NCBI RefSeq assembly: GCF_036321535.1
Contig: NC_087436.1
Location: 81,532,001-81,596,000 of the forward strand
Source: Camelus dromedarius
Taxonomy: Eukaryota
Direction: 5' to 3'
Length of the DNA stretch: 64,000 bases
Positions 53,791 through 64,000 of the stretch are shown piece by piece (position 1 is the stretch's first letter; the number at the start of each line of letters is the position of its first letter). Under the pieces are notes generated by a model. The model saw only the letters and a list, made by a program, of their open reading frames with translations. It did no database searches and was not told the origin of the DNA. The position numbers and the translations under genes were made by a program.

Positions 53791-55891
53791 AAATACACCA
53801 TTCCAAATAAATTTTAAATAAACAATACACATACAATGTGGACTGGTAGAAAGAACACTGAAGTTGAGAAACAATGACCTGGGTTCAAATTTTACTTTTA
53901 CTAATTAATCATTTGTCTTCAAACAAGTTAATAATAGTGAACACATATTGAGCACTTACTATCTGCCATTTACTTTTCCAGCAAGTAGTTTTGCATTTTG
54001 CAATTCTCACGACAATCCTATAAAACAGGCACCATCATGTTCTTCAGTTTTCAGATGAAGAAATTTATCAAGATTTATTCAAGATCACACAGTTTGTAGC
54101 TGATAGTCATGTTTCCAACACAAGACTGTTTAATTCCAGAGCCCACATTGTGTTTTGAGGATTTACCATTTATAAAATTGGGCTTACACATCTGAAATTG
54201 GGGCTTAATTAAGATAGCAAATGAAAGTATCTTTTTACAGATTTTAAAGCACTATCAAATGTAAGATATGGAATTATTAGTCTAGTAAATTAATAAACTC
54301 CAAGAAGTGGTTTCTTTCTTTAGTTAGGACTTGTACTGCATCACTCCTTAACTGGATTTGAGAAGTTTTTTCCTTGTTGTAGTGGATTCTCTGAATTGAA
54401 TTTCACTGTTAAGAATTACTCTGCAGGGACTTTGAAGACAACATTAAAAGTCCACTGAAATTCAGGGGAGAGCCCTTAGGCATCCTGGCAAATATTTTTA
54501 TAGTAGTTCACTGTAGAAAAATATACTACAACTCATAACCTGTCTGCATGCTTCACCAATTAATAGGTCAATCTTCATGTGTCATCCTTAAAATGTAACA
54601 TATGTGACTGACTCTCTACAAAAAATACAATTTTAGGGAAGTCATTTTAATGCCATTTAACAAAGGTACTTCCTATAAGAAAAATTTTGTTCGAAGTTTG
54701 AATCCAGTATAGTGTGCACTGTAGTTACATTCTTTCATTTATTCATTCATCCATTCAACAAACTTTACTGAGTATTTACTATGCAGGCCACTGAATTAGA
54801 CGCTGCAGATGCAATAATGAGACCAATATGGTTATTGTCCTCACCGGGTTTACTGTCCAGTGGGGAGAAATTTTTCTATAAAAAATTATAATACAACATG
54901 ATAAGAGAAGCATAGTTTGCCACAGGAGGACATAGGAGAGGCAAAGAGATAATGTGTCATGTGAGACATATATGAAAGGTCGTGCTAATATATTTTTCAT
55001 GACACAGAAAAACACACCATCTTTTCAATATTTTTTGCTTTGCAAACTAAATATTAAGATATCAGCTGATTCCAAGGGCTGCCTGAATACAAAACTAGTT
55101 GTAGTTCATTGTCCTTCATATAATAATAGTTTGAACAACAATTCATCCCATTATTATGAATCATTTCTTTGGAAGATCTTCTTGGCTCACTGACTATTTA
55201 AAATTATTTGCTGGTGCAAAACAGAATGTGGGCTTTCTTTTTGGTAACAGGAGCTGAATTTGTTTTTCGATGTTTCAAAGCCTAGCTCAAAAACTTTGTC
55301 CCATGCCCTTGACATGTCTTTCTCCGGTTCTGTTTGTTCCAGCAAATACGAATTAGAAGCACAATATGCATGGACGAAGGGTTAACAAAATCTCTTCCCT
55401 TTCTCCCTTAGAATTTGACATTCAATTCACTTTCTAGTCTGTTCCCTTGGCAACCTGACACAGGAGGTAAGTTAGCTACATTACTAGGTAGCACTGCTTA
55501 TGGTGAACATAATCTTTGTTTGGTTAATTGCATCTGGAGAGGTAAAAACTATAAATGAATGATAAATAATTGATGGAGAAAACCATAGTTTTAGACTCTT
55601 GTAACTGGTCATGCCTTTTGTAAAGACCATAAAAGCCCAGTCTACGGAATTGTTACAAGAGATATTGGCTCCTGTGGAATAGGGGGCCTTTAAGCCAGGG
55701 GAACTTTCATACCTGCTCCATCTGAGAATCATTCTTTCAAACCTGAGGTGTGGGAAACCAAAGAGTATAGCTCTCGGCCTGCCACTCAGATTTCACGGAC
55801 CGCTGTAAGGGCTAGTCTCACGGAAGAGCAATACCTGACGTTGCCCTGCTGGCCAGCTGGGGCTCCTGTCCCATGTCCTTCTAAGTGAATT

Positions 55892-56308
55892 TTTTTTGAC
55901 TTTTTAAAATTGTAGTTGACGTAGAATGTTATATAAGTTATAAGTGTACAATATAGTGATTCACAATTTTTAATGGTTATACTCCATTTATAGTTATAAA
56001 ATATTGGCCTGTGGTGACAATATGTATACAACATATTCTTGGAGCTAATTTTAGACGTAGTACTTTGCACCTTTTTATCTCCTGCCCCTACGTTGCCTTT
56101 CCCCCTTTTCCTCTCCCCACTGGCAGCTGCTAGTTTGTTCTCTGTATCTGTGAATCTGTTTCTTTTTTGTTATATTCACTAGTTTGTTGTATTTTTTAGA
56201 TTCCACATATAAATGATATCATACAGTATTTGTCTTTCTCTGTCTGACTTACTTCACTTAGCGTAATACTTCCCAAGTTCATCCATGTTGCTGCAAATGG
56301 CAAAATTT
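55892..56308 (-). mobile_element. L1 3' end (L1MA-like)
   Basis: tagattccacatataaatgatatcatacagtatttgtctttctctgtctgacttacttcacttagc; TSD ccttctaaRtgaatt. Confidence 0.92.
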
Positions 56309-56711
56309 TCCTTCTAAATGAATTGGATGCCTGTGTGACTTATGGCAACCTTGTGAATCTGATTAATTAATGGAACTAAAAAGACCCCATGGCCTTGCTT
56401 GTAGAATTTAGAGTAATAGTAGGTAATAGAACAATATATAAATAATTAATAAACGCACCAGGAAAATGTTTCTGATTGCCCTTTTTCACACACCTCATGA
56501 CTGACTCACACTGTGTCACTGTACCTAGTACAATAACCATCGGCCTGGCATGTAACAGAAACTGAGGAGTGTTTCGTGGAATAAATGAATAAATAAATGA
56601 ATGAATGATTCTCACCAATACAGTGAATGAAGCAAGCTAGAGCCTCAGCTCTGAAGTCCCATTTGATCCTAACCCAGCTTTCCAGTCTCCTTGGCTCTAC
56701 GGTCTCCTTGA

Positions 56712-56960
56712 TTTTTTTTTTCAATTGAAGTACAGCTGATTTACAATGTTGTGTTAGTTTCTGGTGTACAGCATAGTGATTCAGTCATATATATATATAT
56801 ATATATTATATTCTTATTCATATCCTTTTTCTTTATAGTTTATTAAAGGTATTGAATATAGTTCCCTGTGCTATACAGTAGGGCCTTGTTGCTTATCTAT
56901 TTTATACATAGTAGTTTGTATCTACAAATCCTGAACTCCCAATTTATCCCTTCCCCTCCC
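56712..56960 (-). mobile_element. L1 3' end (cetartiodactyl type)
   Basis: PolyT, then gatttacaatgttgtgttagtttctggtgtacagc...gaatatagttccctgtgctatacagtagg. Confidence 0.9.
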
Positions 56961-56999
56961 TCTGACAGGTTACTGCTCCTCTGCCTGACATCTTGGGCT

Positions 57000-57494
57000 G
57001 GGACGCTTGTACTTGCACCTCTGCATCTCCTCTCCCACTTTCTCCAACCTGCCCAGTACGCAGGAGACCGACCAGCATGCAGTTCATTAATGCCGTGCCC
57101 TGTAGCCTCCTGTTGAGCCACTAAGGAGCACCATAAAAGATTAGAGGGAGGGTAAAACAGGAAGTTGGGGTATTTGTTTCTCCAGTTCCCTCCTTATGGG
57201 GTGCATCATAAGGAGGTTGTCATCAAAGCCATCATAGGGTGGCTGTAAAGGTCACAGCTACTGTGAACCACTGCTGTAAAGGTCACATGTCCGGGTTTCA
57301 GGAACCACTGTCCCCTGACTCCTTTAGGCTTATGGATGGGAACAGCTTCCTGTATTTACATTCCTCAGGAGATCACACTATCCCCTGTCATTTCTCTATA
57401 CCCTATCCACATATTTAAATTAGCCCCTTTTTTAAATACTCTTCAAATTACCAAATGTGAGTATGCTGTTTCTCGCCGAACTCACACTGAAACA
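57000..57494 (+). mobile_element. LTR33-like ERVL solo LTR
   Basis: gattagagggaggg...ggggtatttgtttctcc, cctttaggc..ggatgg.aacagc, tcaaattacc..atgtgagtatgct...ctgaaaca. Confidence 0.65.
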
Positions 57495-57779
57495 CCATGG
57501 CTTCTGCTATTTTTCAAGGCTCTTGTAACGTATTTTCCTGCTCCGAATGCGTCCACTTGGTTCAGCCACCAGCCGTCACCTACCTTGAGAGCTCCTACTT
57601 ACATCAACTTCCAAACTAATCCAGCCAGAATCACCTCTAAACCTGGATGTTTACCTACCCCATGCCCCACGACTGTGCTATTATTTCCCTGGTTCAAACT
57701 AACTGCCTGTGCCCTTATAGCCACTGCCACTTATATATTGGTATGACAAATAGTCAGGGATTAATTTTTGGTTTAGAGA

Positions 57780-58025
57780 TAGAGCTGAATATAGTTGAAA
57801 GAGCGAAGGCTTTAGGTCTGGATAGATGAAGGTTTGCATCTTAATTGGAGCACATCACTCGTGCCTGAGCAAGTCAACAAAATTATCTGAGCTTCCATTT
57901 CTTCTGGAAATCAGAGAGAACAAGACCTATCCTGCAAGGTTTTAATAAACACTAAAGATGATGTACACTGATGTTTGAATGTAATATGCACTGAAAAAAA
58001 GTGGTAGATTATACTATTATTGGTA
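57780..58025 (+). mobile_element. MIR
   Basis: atagttgaaagagc..ggcttt, tgagcaagtca, tctgagcttccatttc. Confidence 0.65.
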
Positions 58026-59869
58026 ACATCATTATAACCCAAGAACTATTATAAAGCACATTCCAACAAAAGGATCATTTCCAAAGGTCCATTCAGCTGT
58101 ACAGAGATTTTTAAACTGTGTTTAGCTGCAGAAAGCTTCCACCTCTTATTTCTCTCATATAAACTCGTAATATCAAATGATCACAATTATTATGATTGTT
58201 GATTAAAGATAAAGTCAATATTCTAGTTGCTCCAGACATAAACAGCAGAAAAGTTATGTGTTCAAGACTTCCATTTCTTGCTTGCAATAAAATGTGTTTT
58301 AATTTTGAAATTTGAAGTTAGCAAGAAAATGTCATATTAATTCCAATTTTCCCTACCAGTTCAACATATTATGACAGCCTTCATAGTATATGAGTTTCCT
58401 TTAACATTAAAGCTATTTTTTTTGTAAAGTTGCCAAGATATTTGGCACAGTTGCCAGTACAAATTAAGAATATGGTCTTTCAAAGTGCAAACATTCACAG
58501 AGTAAAAAAACTTTCCAAGCCAAATGAGTTTCACACCATACAAGAACAAGAAGGGACAAGATACTTCTGTTTAGCTTCTTGGAATGCATTGGGAAAATCT
58601 TTAAATAGCCCCACTAACTGAAAACAGCCTTAAAGTCAGAGCAGCTGGTAGGTTGTGAATTGTGATTTTAGGGCTCCCAGAGGATTTTTTTTTAAATCCC
58701 CTGCCCTTCATTCTAATCCTCTTCAGTGATGTCTGAAACTCCTTTGGTAACAAAAAAAAAGTTTTTATAATTAGAAATAAATTTAAAATGCAAAAAGTTA
58801 TTAAAGTTAAATTTATAGTTATATTTGCTTTTTGTTCTTTCCTGATTCTGGTAAAGAGTTATAGCAAGGAAGGAACAGAATGGTTGAAAGGAGAGGCTGG
58901 GAACACCGAAGAAAAACATCATCTAATTCACAATTGTGCCTGAGGCTGGTCCTGTACCCAGCTCTTCAAGATTTGAATAGAATTCCTTAATATGCTTCTT
59001 TCTTCTAAAATATATCCCCTTCTCTTAGTTTTTGATGACTGTGGAATTTATACAGATTCTGAACCTGTTCAGAAGCATTTCTTTGCCCAAGAGCCAAAAA
59101 AAAACAAAACAACAACAAAAAAAAAAAAAACGCTGTTACAAAGTCTGCCAATTCAAAGTCCTTACTAAGCCCAAAGGTGGCTTGCCAGGCTACGGAACTT
59201 GTGGGTCACTCCCTTGAGTATCCATTGAAATAACTTGAAAAATGAATTGGCTTTGGTGACAGAGAAAGCAACACATATGGGTTATTATTTCATTTTGTTT
59301 TATTTCTGGTACACTGGCACTGAAGGAGAAAAGATGTAAATAGATTAGGAGAATGCCTGAGTTCTCATTCAACCCCTTAGGATATTTGGAGCACAAATTG
59401 AGAGATGCATTAGAGGCAGAAGCTGCAGAAACTATTTTCAAGAGGGTTTTTTTTAAATGCTGTCCACAAGCAGTGCTGTTTCAGCGTTAAGATGACAGCC
59501 TGCCACCCACGGTTGGGGCAAGGTTCATTACCCCTTCTGCATGAATGCCAGGCTCTTCTGACCTTGAGGACTGACAGCTTTCTGAGCAGCAAGGGACAGC
59601 ACCTTTAACTCAGTATTTTCACGTCTGACAACAGGGCTGCTTCATAAGTAGAAAGATGGATAAAGGGAGATGGAAATTTTTAAAAAGGAAAAATTGGCAT
59701 AAATGCTATAAAAGGGATGGCAGATTAGTTCAAGAGAACATATACGAATTTCTCTTTAACATTGGCTATGTGTATGAAACACTCAAGGAAAAGAGTACGG
59801 CTATTTGGTAAATGGAGAATGAGGTCCAATTTCAGCATGGACCAAGTGGAGAGCTGCCACGACCTGTGA

Positions 59870-60090
59870 AATTATATAGGACTGTAGGAAGATCTTGGGC
59901 TCTGGAGTCAGTCCCTGGGCTCAAATGCTGGCCTACCACTTATAGGTGTATGACCTTGGGCAAGTTATTTAATAATCAGTGCTTCAGTTTCCTCATCTGT
60001 AAAATGGATGTACTAATAGTCCCTAGCTCACAGAAATGTTGTGAGAGCTCAAGGGTTCATCCAGGCAGATGGTTAGAACAGTAGCAGCAA
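59870..60090 (+). mobile_element. MIR
   Basis: gggctctggagtcag...tgaccttgggcaagttattt...cttcagtttcctcatctgtaaaatgg. Confidence 0.9.
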
Positions 60091-60939
60091 CAATGACAAA
60101 TATTTGAGTGTTTGAATTCGGTCCCATTTGTACTCGCAAGCTGATGATGTCAGAGGCATCTGGAAACAGGTTACGCAGCATCCTCTAAGCCTCCTACACG
60201 TTTTCCTACTTCCTCTACATCCTAAATCAATTAGAGCAGCAACTGGCTCACAGCATGTGAAAAATAACAAGAGTCATTTATTTGATTCCTGACTGACTAA
60301 TGCGTACTAATAATATCTTGGTCAACCATAAATGAACTAGGATTTTGAGAAGCTTCATTCTGTCTGCAACTCTGAAATTCACTTAATCCTCTTGAGTTTT
60401 TAATTGGTTATTAAATCTGCTTGTTGGGCCGCTTAGTAGGACTTAGGAAGTCAGCCTGCCAGACCGACACAATGCAAAGCATTAAAAACACAATGTAAAA
60501 AGTAGTGTTTGTCCCCTGTATTATAAAATTTTTCATTTCAACCCTGATCAAATGCATCTTTGATGGTATGGGTATATATTAATGTACTGTATTTTCTTTA
60601 CATCAGAATTCAGATTTATTTGAGGAACCCGGTTGTTGGGACCATTTTGGTCTCCAAGCCCAAGCTTCTGTGCTGACTATTAGATGAAACAAATTAACAA
60701 GTGTGTAAGTCAAATGTAAATGGATGCAGTCAGTTAGAAATGGATTTATAGCTACAAAATAAATGCTGTCTTGAATGAAAAAGCTCAAAGAAGTTACTAT
60801 TTTAGTACAGATTTTCCCTCAATACTATAATTTGTTTCTGCGAAAATAAAATTGCCCTGCTTCGATTTTTGATAGGTAGACAAAAGAAGAACTCTAACAA
60901 AGCAACTGAATCAGCCACGTAAATGTAATGATTCCCATC

Positions 60940-62794
60940 GTATCCTTTTCCTTCTTCCCAGTATCTCAAGATGTCCTAAGCTCTTAATTCTCTGCGTACC
61001 CCTCTCAAGAGTATGTCTTCCCCTCAAGGAAGAGGTCAGCCACTTGGGGGGTCTTCAAATACAACTTGCTCTGAGGCTTACAGAATTAATCTCATCACTC
61101 TCTACCATCCTATTCCCCCAGTCACCATCAGAAGACCCAGCCTGCCAAAGCATCCATTCCCTCAGGGGGGTTGATCCCTGGATATTCCCTAATCTGTCCC
61201 CACTCTCCTACACCCTTCCACCTTGCCCTCTGGAATTCAATCTTTCATCAGCAAACTCCTCCTCCTGTGTCCTCAAATGACTTTTCACCTTCCTGCTGCG
61301 CCTGACATCTGGCTTTCCCTAACAGTGCTCTCAAGTGGGAGCTATGGTTCGCTGCATGTCCCAGGTTTCTCAAAGATTTTGAGTAAAGTACGTTTGCTGC
61401 TTCCTCTCCAGTGCCTTTTCCAAATACTTTCTCCTTCTTTATCTTTTAAAATCCTAAATCATTTGAAGCTGGTTTCATTAGATGTTACCATCCATTCCTT
61501 TTTGATGTCATGAATCTTACATTTATTAATGAACTTAACATTAAACTCATTGTCTTTCTCTCCTCCACTATCTTACCATCATCCTCAGTGACTTCAACAG
61601 CCACCAACAAATGCACTGGCCTCTTCGTTTCTTGACTACCTGAGCTCCAGTGACTTTTTCTCCGCCAATTTCACACGGTTCTACTCTCAAGGATTAACCA
61701 CCATCAATAATTGTAGAACATGCAAATCTCAATTTCAAAGTACCTCCTTTGCATCCAAACCACTCATCTCGTAATCCATAGCAGTACTTTACCATCCTCA
61801 CTAAGGCTCTCCAATCCATTACCCGACCATGTTTCATTTCCAACACTCCCTCAACAATCTTAGCTCCCTTTTTACTCAGCGTCTCATCCATGGACCAGCA
61901 CTATAATCACTCTGATAAGATTTGCACACAAATTGGATTTGGGATGGAAAAGAAACAAAGGAGAATCAACAATGGCTCCAAGGTTATGGAAGGATGGAAT
62001 TGCTGTTTACTGAAATAGGAAAGACTCTTCCTTCATTATATCTGCCTGGAGAAACCCTGGCCTTTGTTAAACACAACGATCCAATTATTCTTGCCAGAAC
62101 TTAAGCAAATGAACTACTGTAGAAAATCCTGACCATACTGCTTAGTCTCCCTACAAATTTGAGTCAAGATTCCTCAGCATTGCCAGAAATAATCCATGAT
62201 TATTCCCTCAAAATTTCAATTCCCATTTTCCTAGATGACTATTTCATTCTTTCTTCTTATTCTCCTAAAATTTTCAAAAACCCCTTCTGCTCCACTCTCA
62301 TCTGATAACCTTATATCATAATTTAAGAAAACCGCTGTAATCAAAGAACTACTTCATCTTTCCATCAAAAATTGTTGCTCTCTCTCTCTGCCTTTCCTTC
62401 TGCTATTCTGGAAGTAGTACTGCTGCTCAGATCTTTGCCAGCCCTTCCTCTTGTGCCCTAACACCTGCTCTAATATGCTCTATTTTCTCAAAGCCCTTTT
62501 CTATATAGTGCGTTCTCATGCTCTGTTGAATCCTTTCACTAGCATACAAATGTGTGTTAATATCACCCCACTTACAGGCACATGAAAAGACGCTTAACAT
62601 TGCTAGTTATCAGGGAAATGCAAATAAAAATGAGATATCACCTCAGACTTGTCAGAATGGCCACCGTCAAAAAGAACACAAATAACAAGTGTTGGCAAGG
62701 ACGTAGAGAAAAGGGATCCTTCATACACTGTTGATGGGAATGTAAATTGGAAGCAACCTAAATGTCTGTTAACAGATGAATGGATAAAGATGTG

Positions 62795-62833
<39 letters not shown>

Positions 62834-64000
62834 GGAATAGCACTCAGCCATAAAAAAATAATAAAATTCTGCCATTTGCAGCAACATGGATGGACTTCGT
62901 GGGTATTATGCTAAGTGAAATAAGTCATATGATATCACTTATGTATGGAAGCTAAAAAATACAACAAACTAGTAAATATAACAAAAAAGAAGCAGACTCA
63001 CAGATATAGAGAACAAACTAGTAGTTACCAGTGTGGAGAGGGAAAGGGGTAGGAGAAATATAGAGGCAGGGAATTAAAAGGTACAAAATATTTATATAAA
63101 ACAAGCTACAAGGATATATTGTATAATATGGGGACTATATCCAATATTTTATAATAACTATAAATGGAGTATAACCATTAAAAATTGTGAATCACTATAT
63201 TGTATACTTGTAACATATAATATTGTACATCAATTTTTTTAGATGGGGAAAAAACAGAACAAAATAAAAGCTTTTGTTGAACCCATGTCCCCTTCTAGCT
63301 ACCATCGCATTTCTCTGTATGTATTTACAACAAAATTCCTTCAAAGCCTATACTTGTTGTCCTCAAATCCCTTTTCTCCTTCTCTCTTGAACCCATTCCA
63401 GTTAGGCTTTTGCCCTTACCACCCACTGAAACAGATCTTGTCAAAATTTAATGACTCCCTGTTGCCAAATCCAATGGTAAAATATTGACCTGAAACCTGC
63501 TTGACCTATCAGCATCACTTGACACAGCTGACCATTCTCTCTTTGAAAGAATTTCTTCACTTGGCTTGACTAACTGATCTCTCCTCAGTCTCCTCATCTC
63601 CTGACTTCCAATGTTGAAGTGCCCAGATCTCAGGCCTCAGATCTTTCCTCTCCCCCTTTCCTTCCCTAGGGTATCTCATTTTGTCTCCTCTTTAAATATA
63701 ATCAGATGCTGACCACTCCCAAACTTGTACCTATAGTCATAGTCAGGACTTCTCCATTGAAGTCCAATGTGTATGTGTGTGTGTGTACACACACTCCAAG
63801 TCACCACTTACATGTCTAATAGATGTCTAAAAATTAAAATGTCTGAAACTGAATATTTGTTTTTCTTTGAAAAGCCTAGCCATACTGAGGTCTTCCCCCA
63901 TTTCAGTAAATATCAATTCTGTCCTTCCAAAATCTTGCAGCCATCATTGATTCTCCTCTTTTATTCAATATTCCAAATCCATTCTGTCAGCAAATACTAT
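60940..64000 (+). mobile_element. Long L2 remnant interrupted by an L1 and an inverted segment
   Basis: L2 motifs: gtgacttcaaca, gccaaatccaatggt, cttgacctatcagcatcacttgacacagctgacca, atgtctaatag. Confidence 0.8.
62574..63235 (+). mobile_element. L1 3' end (L1MA-like) with internal deletions and (AC)17 at 62797-62831
   Basis: acaggcacatgaaaagacgct...atcagggaaatgcaaat...gccatttgcagcaacatggatggac...gtgaatcactatattgta. Confidence 0.92.

Larger units (their letters stand above)
11490..64000 (-). other. MAPK10: Probable long MAPK10 5'-UTR intron upstream of the ATG exon
   Basis: The ATG exon has an acceptor, so an upstream exon exists. No CpG island or obvious promoter is seen. Unrecognised non-coding exons cannot be excluded. 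Confidence 0.65.

Noticed and set aside
9404..63488. Remaining ORF-track entries (60-141 aa)
   Set aside because: They overlap L1, L2, MIR, LTR or low-complexity sequence, or show no recognisable domain. Consistent with random ORFs.

Overview
AT-rich mammalian intronic DNA, most likely camelid (Camelus/Vicugna), inferred from several tRNA-derived Vic-1-type SINEs. The only coding sequence I can support is one 72-nt minus-strand exon (11418-11489) carrying the start codon and first 22 codons of MAPK10/JNK3 (MSLHLLYYCSEPTLDVKIAFCQ). It is too short to appear in the ORF track. The rest appears to be MAPK10 intron, heavily filled with transposable elements: a near full-length Tigger1 inside a MIR, a two-LTR degraded ERVL provirus, several solo LTRs (one young and betaretrovirus-like), L1 3' ends, L2, MIR and hAT MITEs. 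I found no convincing undescribed biological system. The best leads are: tandem donors plus an in-frame stop at the JNK3 ATG exon; an apparent F5L substitution; a well-formed antisense exon; and a local inverted duplication inside an L2. Repeat family names come from my recollection of consensus sequences, not from a database search, and boundaries of old repeats are approximate.
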